Notes under the pieces: generated by a model
What the model saw: the letters and a program-made list of their open reading frames with translations, nothing else
Databases searched by the model: none
What the model was told of the DNA's origin: nothing
Position numbers and translations under genes: made by a program
Shown here: positions 31,331 through 45,160 of the stretch, one piece after another
How the letters are laid out: the number at the start of each line of letters is the position of its first letter
Numbering within the stretch: the first letter of the stretch is position 1
Assembly: GCA_964016885.1 (NCBI GenBank)
Contig: OZ024741.1
Span: 323,702,001 to 323,766,000, forward strand
DNA from: Eledone cirrhosa
Taxonomy: Eukaryota
DNA: 64,000 bases
Direction: 5' to 3'

Positions 31331-34300
31331 TTAGATTGTTACGGTTGTAATTGTTATTGTTGTTGTTATAAATGTGCTTGTTGTGGTTGTTGTTGTGATT
31401 GTTGTGGTTGTTGTTGTTATTGTTGTGGTTGTTGTGGGTGTTGTTGTTATTGTTGTGGTTGTTGTGGTTTTGCTTGTTGTGGTTGTTGTGGTTGTTGTGG
31501 TTGTTGTGGTTGTTGTGGTTGTTGTTGTTGTGGTTGTGGTTGTTGTGGTTGTGGTTGTTGTTGTTGTGGTTGTGGTCGTTGTGGTTGTGGTTGTTGTGGT
31601 TGTTGTGGTTGTTGTGGTTGAGGAGCTTGTTGTTGTTGTGGTTGTTGTGGTTGTAGTTGTTGTGGTTGTTGTGGTTGTTGTGGTTGTTGTTGTTGTGGTT
31701 GTTGTGGTTCTGGTTATTGTTGTTGTGGTTGTTGTGGTTGTGGTTGCTGTGGTTGTTGTGGTTGTTGTGGTTGAGGTGGTTGTTGTTGTGGTTGTTTTTG
31801 GTGTTGTGGTTGTTTTTGGTGTTGTGGTTGTTGTTGTGGTTGTGGTTGTTGTGGTTGTCGTTGGAGTTGTGGTTGTTGTTGTGGTTGTTGTAGTTGTTGT
31901 GGTTGTTGTTGGTGTCGTGGTTGTTGTTGTGGTTGTTGTAGTTGTTGTGGTTGTAGTTGGTGTTGTGGTTGTTGTTGTGGTTGCTGTGGTTGTTGTGGTT
32001 GTGGTTGTTGTTGTGGTTGTTGTGGTTGTTGTGGTTGTTGTGGTTGTTGTGATTGTTGTGGTTGTTGTTGTTGTTGTGGTTGTTGTGATTTTTATGGTTG
32101 TGGTTGTTGTTGTTGTAGTTGTAGTTGTTGTGGTTGTCGTGGTTGAGGTGGTTGTTGTGGTTGTTGTTGCTGTTGTTGTGATTGGTGTTTTGGTTGTGGT
32201 TGTTTTTTGTGTTGTGGTTGTTGTAGCTGTTGTTGTTGTTGTTGTCGTTGTTGTCGTTGAGGTTGTTGTGGTTGTTGTTGTTGTTGTTGTGGTTGTTGCG
32301 GTTGAGGTTGTTGTTGTTGTGGTTGTGGTTGTTGTTGGTGTTGTGGTTGTTGTTGTGGTTGTTGTAGTTGTTGTGGTTGTTGTTGGTGTTGTGCTTGTTG
32401 TTGTGGTTGTTGTTGTTGTGGTTGTTGTGGTTGTTGTTGGTGTTGTGCTTGTTGTTGTGGTTGTTGTTGTTGTGGTTGTTGTGGTTGTTGTGATTGTTGT
32501 TGTGGTTGTTGTGGTTGTTGTTGTTGCTGTGGTTGTTGTTGGTGTTGTGGTTGTTGTTGTGGTTGTTGTAGTTGTTGTGGTTGTTCTTGGTGTTGTGGTT
32601 GTTGTTGTGGTTGCTGTGGTTGTTGTGGTTGTGGTTGTTGTTGTGGTTGTTGTATTTGTTGTGGTTGTTGTGGTTGTTGTGATTGTTGTGGTTGTTGTTG
32701 TTGTGGTTGTTGTTGTTGATGTGGTTGTTGTTGTTGTGGTTGTTGTGATTTTTGTGGTTGTGGTTGTTGTTGTTGTAGTTGTAGTTGTTGTGGTTGTTGT
32801 GGTTGAGGTGGTTGTTGTGGTTGTTGTTGTTGTTGTTGTGATTGGTGTTGTGGTTGTGGTTGTTGTTGGTGTTGTGGTTGTTGTTGTGGTTGTTGTAGTT
32901 GTTGTTGTTGTTGTTGTTGTTGTCGTTGTTGTTGTGGTTGTTGTGGTTTTTGTTGTTGTTGTGGTTGTTGTGGTTGAGGTTGTTGTTGTTGTTGTGGTTG
33001 TGGTTGTTGTTGGTGTTGTGGTTGTTGTTGTGGTTGTTGTAGTTGTTGTGGTTGTTGTTGGTGTTGTGCTTGTTGTTGTGGTTGTTGTTGTTGTGGTTGT
33101 TGTGGTTGTTGTTGGTGTTGTGCTTGTTGCTGTGGTTGTTGTTGTTGTGGTTGTTGTGGTTGTTGTGATTGTTGTTGTGGTTGTTGTGGTTGTTGTTGTT
33201 GTTGTGGTTGTTGTTGTGGTTGTTGTGGTTGTTGTGGTTGTTGTGGTTGTTGTGGTTGTTGTGGTTGTTGTTGATGTGGTTATTGTTGTTGTTGTTGTTG
33301 TTGTGGTTGTGGTTGTCGCTGTGGTTGTTGTTGTTGTGGTTGTTGTAGTTGTTGTTGTGCTTGTTGTGATTGTTGTGATTGTGGTTGTTGTGGTTATCGT
33401 GGTTGTTGTGATTGTTGTGGTTGTGGTTGTTGTGGTTATCGTGGTTGTTGTGGTTGCTGTTGTTGTTGTGGTTGTTGTGGTTGTTGATGTGGTTGTTATT
33501 GTTGTGGTTGATGTTGTGGTTGTTGTTGTAGTTGTGGTTGTTGTGGTTGTTGTGGTTGTTGTGGTTGAGGTGGTTGTTGTGGTTGTTGTGGTTGTTGATG
33601 TGGTTGTTATTGTTGTGGTTGATGTTGTGGTTGTTGTTGTGGTTGTGGTTGTTGTGGTTCTTGTTGTTTTTGTGGTTGTTGTGGTTGTTGTGGTTGTGGT
33701 TCTGGTTGTTGTTGTGGTTGTTGTTGTTGTGGTTGTTGTTGTTGTTGTGGTTGTGATTGTTGTGGTTGTTGTGATTGTTGTGGTTGCGGTTGTTGTGGTT
33801 ATCGTGGTTGTTGTGATTGTTGTGGTTGTGGTTGTTGTGGTTATCGTGGTTGTTGTGGTTACTGTGGTTGTTGTGGTTGTTGTTGTTGTGGTTGTTGTTG
33901 TTGTTGTGGTTGTTGTGGTTGTTGTGGTTGTTGTTGTGGTTGTTGGGGTTGTTGTGTTTGTGGTTGTTGTTTTTGTTGTTGTGGTTGTGGTTGTTGTGGT
34001 TGTTGTTGGTGTTGTGGTTGTTGTTGTGGTTGTTGTAGTTGTTGTGGTTGTTGGTGGTGTTGTGGTTGCTATTGTGGTTGTTGTTGTTGTGATTGTTGTG
34101 GTTGTTCTGGTTGTTATTGTCGTTGTTGTGGTTGTTCTGGTTGTTATTGTCGTTGTTGTGGTTGTTGTTGTGGTTGTTGTTGGTGTTGTGGTTGTTGTGG
34201 TTGTTGTGGTTGTTGTAGTTGTTGTTGTGTTTGTTATTGATGTGGTTGTTGTGGTTGTTGTGGTTGTTGTGGTTGTTGTGGTTGTGGTTGTTGTTGCTGT

Positions 34301-34362
34301 TGTGGTTGTTGTAGTTGTGGTTGTTGTGGTTGTGGTTGTTGTGGTTGTTGTGGTTGTTGTGG

Positions 34363-34402
<40 letters not shown>

Positions 34403-35061
34403 GGTTATTGCTGTGGTTGTTGTTGTTGTTGTTGTGGTTGTGGTTGTTGATGTGGTTTTTGTTGTCGTTGTTGTGGTTGTTGTTTTTGTTGTTGTGGTGG
34501 TTGTTGTTGTTGTTGTGGTTGTGGTTGTTGTTGTGGTTGTGCTTGTTTTGCTTGTTGTAGTTGTTGTGGTGGTTGTGGTTGTTGTGGTTGTTGTAGTGGT
34601 TGTGGTTGTTGTGGTTGTTGTGGGTGTTGTGGTTGTGGGTGTTGTGGTTGTTGTAGTTGTAATTGTGGTGGTTGTGGTTGTTGTGGTGGTTGTTGTGGTT
34701 GTGGTTGTTGTGGTTGTTGTGGTTGTTGTGGTTGTGGTTGTTGTGGTTGTTGTGGTTGTTGTGGGTATTTTTGTGGTTGTTGTTGTTGTGGTTGTTGTGG
34801 TTGTTATGGTTGTTGTAGTTGTTGCGGTTGTTGTGGTTGTTATGGTTGTTATGGCTGTTGTGGTTGTGGTTGTTGTGGTTGTTGTGATTGTTGTGCTTGT
34901 TGTTGTTGTTGTGGTTGTTGTGGTTGTTTTAGTTGTTGATGTTGTTGTGGTTGTTGTGGTTGTTGTGGTTGTTGCTTTTGTGGTTGTTGTTGTGGTTGTT
35001 GTTGTGTTTGTTGTGGTTGTTTTTGTTGTGGTTGTGGTTGTTGTTGTTGTGATTGTTGGTA

Positions 35062-35113
<52 letters not shown>

Positions 35114-35215
35114 GGTATGTTGTTGTTGTTGTGGTTGTGGTTCGTAGTGAGGTCGTTGCAATTGTTGTTGTTGTGGTTGTTATTGTTATAGTTGTTGTGG
35201 TTGTTTTTATGTTGT
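31331..35215 (-). repeat. 3.9-kb degenerate (ACA/ACC)n triplet array encoding an uninterrupted poly-Thr ORF (possible mucin-like exon)
   Basis: 1276-codon ORF dominated by Thr, with Ile/Pro/Ser/Ala/Lys. Internal higher-order duplication with ~660-bp offset (e.g. 32083 vs 32743). Coding status unproven. Confidence 0.85.
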
Positions 35216-35454
35216 GCTGCTGATAATGATAATGTTGATGTTGATATTCATAGTGACGAAGACAATAATGGCGATGTGGAGGAGGAGTAGGCTGGTGATG
35301 ATGATGGTGAGTATGACGAAAATGACGTTGGTGAAGACGACGATGATGACGATGATGATAATAATAATGATGATGATGATGATGTTGAGGAGGAGGATGA
35401 GGATGAGGAGGAAGAAGATCAGAAATAAGGATAATGATGATAACGAATAAAAAG

Positions 35455-35860
35455 GATTTCTACTATAGGCACAAGGCCAGTAATTTGGAGGGAAAGGAAA
35501 GTCGATTAAATCGACCCCAGTACGTTACTGGTGCTTTTATTTTATCGACCCCGTAAGGATGAAAGGCAAAGCTAACCTCGGCGGGATTTGATCTCAGAAC
35601 GTAAAGAGCCGTAACTCTATGCCGTGAAGCATAGTGTCAGACGCCCTATCAATACTGCCAAAATAAGGATTTATACAATTTGGGGAGAGGGGAAAGACGA
35701 TTAAATTGAGTCCAGTACATTGCTGGTGCTTTATTTATCGACCCCTTAAGGATGAAAGGCAAAGTTAACCTCGACGGCATTTGAACGTAGAACGTAAAAG
35801 GACGTAACTCTATGTCTCGCAGCATGGTGTCAGAGGCCCTATCGATACTGCCAAAATAAT
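35455..35860 (-). mobile_element. Two tandem SINE family A copies
   Basis: The core TATCGACCCC.TAAGGATGAAAGGCAAAG occurs at ~35543 and ~35736. Confidence 0.8.
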
Positions 35861-36699
35861 AATAAGAAGAATAAGGACCTGAGCTACACACATAGTGTGT
35901 GTCGGCAGTGAGTTTATGTTCAATTTTTTAAATCTTATTTCGGCAAATTTATTTACACTTTTTGTTCAATCATTTGGATGAAGTAATTGCCTAAATGATC
36001 GGACAAAATATCTTTCAGAGATGTATTAGGCACAAAACTTTGTCAAATTTCAAAGTAATAGTTTCTCATAAGCTACCGTTATCTAGATAGCGAAGAGAAA
36101 GAACACATTAATTGTACTATGAAAAGAAACAACCCCCGCTTTCTGTTAAAATATTTTGACAAGATTTGATAGCAGTCCTTGGAACTTCAAAGACAAGTCG
36201 AAAACAATCAATTTATAGTTTGATGTTGTTGATCTTGGACCACTCAAAATAAGTAGTAGAAATCAACAAACAAACTCCATGTGCATCAATGTCATCTGGA
36301 CAAGAGCAGTTAGACAAAAGGCTTCAACAAAATCAGCAGCAACACAGAAAGTAGACAACGGTAATGACCATCTGTTAATCCATTTTCTATCACTACAGAA
36401 CATAGTGTAGGCAAAGACAAAAACGAAAACAAATCGACATCAGAAAGTAAGAACAATGACAAGAAAACTACAGAGGTTATCCACAAGAGAAAAACGAACA
36501 GCAATAATAACGTTGATAATAAAATTGATAATATAGTAATAATGATGATATTGGTAGTGATAGTGGTGGTGGGGGTGGAGGTGGTGGTGGTGGTGGTGGT
36601 AGTGATAGTGGTGGTGGTGGTGGTGGTAATGATTTCTGTATTAACCCAAAGAAAACATTAAGGACAGCACTAATAATAATAAAATCTTTGGTCAAGAAA

Positions 36700-38720
36700 T
36701 AACTGGCTAGCACTCGGTGGGGATTAATTGTTTTTCATGGGCAGGACAGCTCACTAATCTTAGTTGATAATCGTCCTAGAGCTGGTATCTTGAACAAAAT
36801 TACCCCTTGGCGGTGAAAAATAAGTTTGCACAAAAAACAAAACAAAAAAAATATCCCCACAATGTCTACAGAGAAAATCTCGTACCGGATCCGTCGTCGT
36901 CCGGATCAACAAGGGCCGCATCATTTTGGGAGGAATAATCCTAGGGTCGAAAGGTCTACAGCTGGAACGAGATCTTCTTCAATTGCGGACTTGAATGGTC
37001 ATTTACACAAGAATAATCTCAACCCAAGTTCTCCAAGGAAGAAAATAAAACTTAATGTATAAAATGGACTAGAGAAGAGTATAGAGAAATACGCATTCTA
37101 TCACTCATTGAGGAAACGATCTGAATGAAAACACAATAAATTCATTTAGGATATAGAGGGAAAGAAATCCAGAAATGAGACCAAACAAACGTGCAAATGT
37201 AAGAAGTGATATTCTTACAAACAAGACATTAACAGATGCAGAGTTAAATGAAATTAAGAAGAATGTTGAAAAATATTTGAGAATACCAAATATCAGAAAG
37301 GGATGTAAATAAATATATGACAGAAGAGAACCACAATACGTATTAACTATGTTGTCAACAGGAGAAATTTCACAAAAAATTTCTCCTGTTGACAACTTTT
37401 AATTTCACAAAAAATTAAAAGTATCAGAAACACAACAGATTAAGGTCAAACTAAAAGACAGATTGACAATATGGATGAAGATATTTCTACTCATGGGCAT
37501 AAAGATAAGACAGAACAAACGAAACAAGAAATTCTCAATGAAATTCGAAAAAAAAAAACAAACTTTAGTCCTTGCAAAGATTGACAAGCGGCAGCCAGAA
37601 GAAAATCAGATTGTTAAAGCAATAATTGATGAGATTGAGCCTGATGTATGAGAATTGAACGAGGTTATTTATGCAGCAGCAATAGTAATAGAAAGGATAT
37701 GTGTGTTAAAGAAAAAGCAAAGACGACACAAAACTCACAAAAAAATCCCCCTGGAAGATAAAAATTGAGAAAGAAATTGAAATGATGAGGAGAGAAACAT
37801 CGATTCTGGATGAAATATATGCTGGGAAATCTGTCAAGTCAAGCAAAGGAAGGAAAGTGATTAAGAAATACAAAGTAACTTCAAAACCTAATAATATTTC
37901 ATCAATCAAAGAAACCTCGAAATAGAAAGTACAGCTGAAAGCTCAAAGAATGAGAAGATTTGAACAGAGAAATAGGTTTTACATGCAAAATAAACTATTT
38001 ATGTCAGATGCAAAAAGGTTTTCCAGAGAAATTGGGAAAACTGGGACACAGACAATTCAAGTAAAGGAACTTCCCTGAATTCATGAAATTGAAGAATTTT
38101 GGAAAACAGTATGGAGTTCAGAAAAATCTCATAATGCTAATGTAGAATGGATAAAGAATATGGAAGAAACATACAATAATTTAGAAACGCAGACTAGGCA
38201 AGACATAACTATGGAAGAACTGGAGTTGGAACTAAAGAAAGCCAACAAATGGAAATCTACTGTCATTAATAAAGTGTCAAACTTCTGGTCATCTTCTCTA
38301 ATATACATGATACATCGGTAAAATGTTATAACGAAATTATGCACAACGCAGAGGAAACCTTTGATTGATTTGCAGAAAGTACAACATATCTCTTGCCAAA
38401 ATACGCAGAAACAAATATTCAAAAAAATTATCGTCTTCACACATCATACAAAATTCTCACCTCAATCTTGATTGAGACAACCTACAAATTTATGGATGAA
38501 AACCTACTTTTCCCTATTGAGCTGAAACTTTGCCGCCGTGGGTCATACGGTTGCAAAAAAACAACTTCTTATTAATCGTATGCTTCTGGAAAACTGTCAT
38601 AACAAGGTAAAAAGCACAAATGTCTGAATAATGCTTGGATTGACTATAAAAAAGCATTTGATAGTGTTCCCCGACTCATGGATTTTGAAAATGTCAGATA
38701 TTCTGAAAATTTTCATTAGA
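36700..38720 (+). mobile_element. Decayed R4/Dong-like non-LTR retrotransposon (N-terminal region and start of RT)
   Basis: Broken-frame motifs PPWK.K.EKEI..MR, KWKST..NKVSNFW, TYLLPK..KNYR, YKILTSI, CRRGSYGCK.QLLINRMLLE and AWIDYKKAFDSVP. Many stops and frameshifts. Confidence 0.8.
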
Positions 38721-39239
38721 ATAGACGGAAGTCCAACAGCAACGAAAGTCTCATTGTTGAATAGTTAAGGAAATCACTTCGGAATCAATTCCATTGTACG
38801 ATATCTTGAGCAAAGATCTATGATACACTTGAGTAAATTCAACTCTTGCGAACAAGCCTGTCATGAGCATGTGCATGATGGCCTGATGAGTCACTGTTGG
38901 AGAAACTTCACAATCACAGCTACGTCGTCTCTAGCTTGAATAAACGAATTAGATTTCATTCATATATAAAGACCGAGGCAGTTTTTATTAGATATTCTTA
39001 TTCTAATGTTCCATGTTCCGTATGCTCTTTATAATAGAAACACTTCAATTATGTATGTTTATACGTATATATATATATGTATGTTTATACGCATATATAC
39101 GCATACATATATATATATAATTACATATATATATTTATAGATATGTATGTGTGTATAGGAACATATATATGTATGTGTGAATAGGAACATATATATATAT
39201 ATGCGTACATATATACATATGTGTGTATAAACACACACG

Positions 39240-39347
<108 letters not shown>

Positions 39348-39544
39348 ATTATTAATGTAAATATGTAAAACAGAAGAAACATTTTTCGATTACTTGTCAG
39401 ACCATCCCACACTTTATTATATATTTTTGTTGCTATGGTAAATGTAAAAACTTTGTAGTACTCTCTTGAACACTAAGTAACTATTTCATCTCTATAACTG
39501 ATTATATTCGTTCTCTGTATTTTTTATCATTCTTAGACATCATA

Positions 39545-40105
39545 TGAAGGCGCGTGGTTCCACTCATGCTGATCACAAAATCGTGAGTTCGATTTCCGGA
39601 CTTATTGGCGCCTCTTGTTCACGAGCACGACACTTTATTTCACGTTGCTCCAAAAGACTCAGCTGAAAATGTGTTGTGACGAGACTGGTGCCAAGCTTTA
39701 TTAGCCTTTGTCTTTTCTTTGGTCAACAACTCCTCATGGTGAGGAGTTTCCCCACAAAAGAGTCTACCCAAGTTTGTGTCTCGGAGAGGCAAACCTATGG
39801 TCAATCTTCATAGGTGCATATCCCATGATGGACTCAACATGAGTGAAAAGTCTTATACCCTTGTCTCTGGTCGACTCAAGTCTTGTGAATGAAATTGGAT
39901 TGACGGAAACTGCTTGGAATCTCATCGGATATATTGTAATCGTAATTGAAAGGACCAGCCATGTCATGGACTGTTACTCCGAATATCTCTGAGAATTATG
40001 CGAACGATACAAATGTCTGTGGAATGTACAACCACTTACACATTAATTTCACGAACAAGCAATTTCGTTGCTCGAATGACTGGAACATTCATCGTCTAAA
40101 CCCAT
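39545..40105 (+). mobile_element. SINE family B with internal insertion
   Basis: Head GAAGGCGCGTGG..GAGTTCGATTTCC, then core GAGAATTATGCG..TGTGGAATG..TTAATTTCACGA. Confidence 0.55.
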
Positions 40106-40556
40106 GCAGGTTCATTTGATTTCATTTCATTCTTACCCATGTTAAGTCATGGCCGAAATGAGACGTTTCTTTTCTTTTTAGACATCATATCACATTGCTG
40201 TAACATAACGTACACCTTCATGGAGAGAAAGTGCAGAAATAAAATATACTAGGAAGCTTTTTATTTTCAAACTGCGGATGCCGATACACAAGTGGGTCGC
40301 GAAATATACGAGGTGGGTCACGGCTTTCAGAAAAATGTTTTCGAAAATAAGCGAGCGAGAGCCACACACAAGCATATTGTGTTGCAATACAAAATACAGC
40401 TCTTATGGTGGGTCACATTAAAAAAAGTTTGTAAAACGCTCAACTACTAGAGTCTTACCCTTCATATGAAGAGTAAATTTGGGAGTACATGTTTGTCACA
40501 GTAGGAAACTACATGAAAATGTACACAAAACTACACAAAAAAATAAACAAATAAAT

Positions 40557-41022
40557 ATATGAAATATAAATAATTGTTTCTACTTTAGGCACAAGGCCAG
40601 CAATTACCCAGTGCATTACTGGTACTTTATTTTATCGACCCCGTAAGGATGAAAGGCAAAGTCAACCTCGGCGGGATTTGAACTCGGCGGGATATGAAAT
40701 ATAAATAATTGTTTCTACTTTAGGCACAAGGCCAGCAATTACCCAGTGCATTACTGGTACTTTATTTTATCGACCCCGTAAGGATGAAAGGCAAAGTCAA
40801 CCTCGGCGGGATTTGAACTCGGCGGGATATGAAATATAAATAATTGTTTCTACTTTAGGCACAAGGCCAGCAATTAACCAGTGCATTACTGGTACTTTAT
40901 TTTATCGACCACGTAAGGATGAAAGGCAAAGCCAACCTCGGCGGGATTTGAACTCAGATCGTAAAGGGACGTAACTATGCTGGAAAGCACGGCGTCCGAC
41001 CCTCCACTGATACTGCCAATCC
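40557..41022 (-). mobile_element. SINE family A with 135-bp 3' segment tandemly triplicated
   Basis: GAAATATAAATAATTG recurs at 40561, 40696 and 40831. Units are near-identical. Confidence 0.85.
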
Positions 41023-41538
41023 ACATATAAATAATGTATATATAAATGAATACACAAAGCCAACATTAGCTTAGAAAGACTCGTAATATCGCCCAGGCCT
41101 AAACACTGCAAATAAGTATACAAAGGTGGTTGAAGACGCCTATGTCAGCCTTTCCCAATTTCCACGGCTGCTTTGGCCGATTTTCTCAACGATTGCTTCC
41201 TTTCCCTTTTATCCATTCTAGTATCGGATCTGTGATGCTTGTTTACTATGCGAATAAAACCCTGTTCTGTTGTAAATCGATAATTGTAAATCGATCTTGT
41301 TATTTTATCACGCTGCCTGTTAATGGATGGAAACAAGAAGAGTGAAAGAGTTGTCGGTGGTGGGGGAGATAGGAGGATGGGTTGAGAGAAGGGGGTGGTT
41401 GATGGATGGATTGATGGATGAATGGATTGGTGGGTGGATGTATGGACGTAGTGACGGTCGATTGAATGGACAGATGATTGATAAATAACTTTATCACCGA
41501 CTGATTCGATATATTGACACTCACATACCAATGTGTAT

Positions 41539-41594
<56 letters not shown>

Positions 41595-41619
41595 ATAATA
41601 ATAATAATAATAATAATAA

Positions 41620-42985
41620 TGGTTTTTGATTTAAGCTCAATGTTAATTTTGGGAGAAAGGAAAGTCGACTAAATCAACCCAGTGCGTTACTGGTATTTTA
41701 TTTTATCCACTTCGTAAGGATGAAATCAGAACGCAAAGGGAAGTAACTATATGTTACAAAGAATGTTGACCGATGCTCTACTGACAATGTCAATCCACCG
41801 CCTTTAAAGTTAAACTGCACTCGCTTCCGCCCTCGCATGGGCAATTAATGATTTTTGACATTTATGAGTTTTTCTCATATAAAAAATACAGTAATAATTT
41901 CTAATTTAGGTAAAAGGCCAGCAATTTGAAGGCGGGGAAAGTCGATTAAATCTAGTGGGCATTTGATTGGTATTATATCTTATCGACCCCAGAAGGACAA
42001 AGGGCAAAGTTGACCTTAATGTAATTTGAATACATAACGATGTACAGAGTCGGATCAACTGCCACAGGGCATTTTTGTCGGCTCTAAAGAATAAGCATAA
42101 TGGCAATGATTTCTTTTATTAGCTAGAAGGGTGAATGATGTAAGGGGCATTACAAGGACAAATTACAAAATAAACAAACTGGGCGGCATTTTTGCGAAGA
42201 ATCGAATATCAATGTTAATAAAAATAATTGTTTCTATTTCAGGCACAAGGCCAGCAATTACCCAGTACATTACTGGTACTTTATTTTATCGACCCCGTAA
42301 GGATGAATGTTAATAAAAATAATAAGTACTAATCTGCACACAAGGCCAGCAAATATTCGGGGAGAGGAAAGTTGGTTAAATCATCCCTAGTACTTGATTG
42401 ATACTTATTTTATCGACCCTGGAAGGATGAAAGGCAAAAGTGACCTCGGCACTATGTGAACTTAGAACGTAAAGTATTTTGTTCGACGTTCTAACGATTC
42501 TGCCAATGCACGTCCTTAATAGAAATACTAATAATGATATTAAGATTTATTTATATATTCATTACATATTCAATTTTTAAACCTATTATGTAAATAATGA
42601 CTGAAACAATTATAAAATGCTAATGAATTATGAATAATAATGTTAATTATGCATTTCTTTTTTCTTCACTTCTTTTTTATTATCTAATTTTTTTAATACT
42701 TTCATTTTTGTGTCAGATAAATATAGAAATATATTTTGGGTAATCTGATAATACTGATAATAATGATTTCTACTATAGACACAGGGCCAGTAATTTTGGG
42801 GAGGGACAAGTCGATTAAATCGACCACAGTGCATTACTGGTTCGTTATTTTATCGAGCCAGTAAGGATGAAAGACAAAGTTAACCCCGGCGGGATTTGAA
42901 CTCAGAACATTAAGGGCCATAACTCTATGCTGCAAAGCACCGTGTCAGACGCTCTACTGAATCCACCTATCCACCGCCCTAACAA
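41620..42985 (-). mobile_element. Cluster of about five same-orientation SINE family A copies
   Basis: Cores at ~41700, 41980, 42285, 42410 and 42850. Confidence 0.75.
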
Positions 42986-43029
42986 TACTGATTAATAATA
43001 ATGTTAATAATAATGTTAATAACAATAAT

Positions 43030-44420
43030 TTTTTATTTGGTTTCAAGGACCCAACACATTGAGGACAATACTTGGACAAAAACAACACAGAGTGGGGTTT
43101 ATATCGAGAAAGGAAAGTAGAGACATCACTGAAGAGAAAACAGTAGAAATAAGGGCAATAGGAATTGTAATAAATTATCTTAACAATAGAAAACAATAAC
43201 AATAACGAATCTAAATATGGACCAGTTTCCCAATAGTGGGGAACTGCATTTCAGGGTAATTCCAGGGAGAACACCATACAAGATTCCAGGTTTCTGTTGC
43301 TTCAGGGGCACTGAAAGTGCCCTCTCTTGGTTTCCTTCCCCCTGCTTAGAAAAGCATTATAAGAGTAGGCCCATTCAACAATCGAATTGCTCTGAACTAT
43401 CTCTAATTAAACACACTAGAAGGCAACACCATCCTTTCTACCCATACTTTCCTTTTCAAGTGGAGCTTGAAGAAGTTGACAAGGGCTTGACTGGAGAGAA
43501 AGATTCCTATTATCAATACATTTATTCGGGTCCACCATTCAACTCCATTTGCCATTGCCATCAGACAGAAGAATACTTGCAACGCCTCCCTTCTAAAAGG
43601 TGGTGGTTCACTTTTCAATATAGATCCTGCTGATAGCCGGATATGTCCTACACGTTATACAATTTATTTGACACAAACCCATAAGTCTGAAATCCTACGC
43701 GCTCTACGATATATCTCATTAAGTGCAGGTTGCCATAAATAGATTTGTGAGGGATCGCACACGTTTCTGCACTTTCAACTACTAATGACAAGCGTCAACC
43801 TTTTAGCAAGCACCCTTGCCAACACTTTTAGTTCTGTGTTTAGTAAAGTTATGGACCTGAAGATATTTTTATCACACGCCATTTTTCGAGTCATTTCTAC
43901 CACGCCCCTTTTGTTCTTAGCTTTTTAATAGTGTCCCTACTCCTCGATTTAAACGACTAGGTGTTCTCTCCGTCTGCTGTTGGGTGCAGTAGATAGCTGC
44001 CACAACTGTAGCAAACAGGTCTGGCATGTAGAAGTAGAGCTCTCAGTGTAGACCATCCAAACCGGCGCTTTGTTCCTCGCATACTGGCTCAGCACGTATG
44101 CCATTTCTTCTGCTGAAAATCAGTTTTTCTCAACAGTGCATATTGCTAGTTGAGTTGCGACAGGGCGTTGAGGTAGGAACTAAAGTCTCGCATCTCAAGT
44201 TAGTCGTTCATCGCACGTCCATGTCTATTGATCAGTTCTAAGTTGACTGTACAGGCCACAAATTTGTGGTGTGTGTATTCCACTACCCGAAACTGTGGAT
44301 GACTCACACTGATTCTGTCTGTTACTCTGATGAAAACTGTATCTAAATACGACCTGGAAGTCCCTAAGCAGATTTGTAAAACTTTTCCTCCTCGCCGTCG
44401 TGTCAGTTACCTTCGCATAA
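43030..44420 (-). mobile_element. Old decayed Tx1/L1-like LINE, homologous to 1-1260
   Basis: ORF 43403-43618 PPFRREALQVFFCLMAMA..WWTR..ALVNFFKLHLKRKV.VE..VL aligns with the C-terminus of ORF 339-992. Confidence 0.75.
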
Positions 44421-44774
44421 TCTCTACGTCCATCTAAAATGCCGTTACATAATGCTAATAATTATGCTAATAATAGTGCTAATAATAATGATAATAATAT
44501 CAATTACTATAACGGTAACCATAAAGCTAATAATAAGGGTAATAAAAACGATAATATCATGTTAATAATAATACTACTAATAATTGTATTAATAAAAATA
44601 GCAATAACAATAACAATGGTCATCGATATGTTGTTTATACTGAAACTAATCTATGATCGATCTCGGTGAAACAAAAATTCATTTACATGATTAATCACTG
44701 TACTAAATGTCAACACGACCGAAAATGTGGCATTAATGATCTATACATAGATACATAATGTATGTGTGTGTGTT

Positions 44775-45080
44775 GGACAACCATCGGTAATGACGACGAA
44801 TTGTTCAATAGAACAGCCTACGCATGAAATTAATGCCTTATCAAGTAGTCGAGCATTCCACAGACACGTGTACCCAAAGCGTAATTCTCAGAGAAATTCA
44901 GCGTGATACTGTGTGTATGACAACACTAGCCATTGGATTACAGTTACAAGTAATTGCTGCTAGTTGGGTGGACTGGAGCAAAGGAAAATACAGAGTCTTG
45001 CTCAAGGATAGAACGTGACGCCCGGAACCGAATTCACGAACTAACGATCGTGATCTAAACACCTTAACAATCAAGCCAGA
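44775..45080 (-). mobile_element. SINE family B
   Basis: GAGCATTCCACAGACACGTGTACCC..CGTAATTCTCAG..CTTGCTCAAGGA core. Confidence 0.7.
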
Positions 45081-45160
45081 CATACACTCGCATGCACATA
45101 CACAACCACCCCCATGTATGTGTGGCTGTGTGTGATTTTGTGTGCGCTGGTTTAAATATA

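Noticed and set aside
31374-35147. 1257-aa poly-Val ORF on the plus strand
   Set aside because: Antisense shadow of the (ACA/ACC)n array; implausible as a protein.
36150-36560. A-rich, protein-like plus-strand stretch
   Set aside because: Stops in all frames and no recognisable motif or splice pair.
40557-40960. Regularly spaced repeats resembling a CRISPR array
   Set aside because: Whole 135-bp units are identical with no unique spacers. They are SINE sequence in a eukaryotic context with no cas genes.
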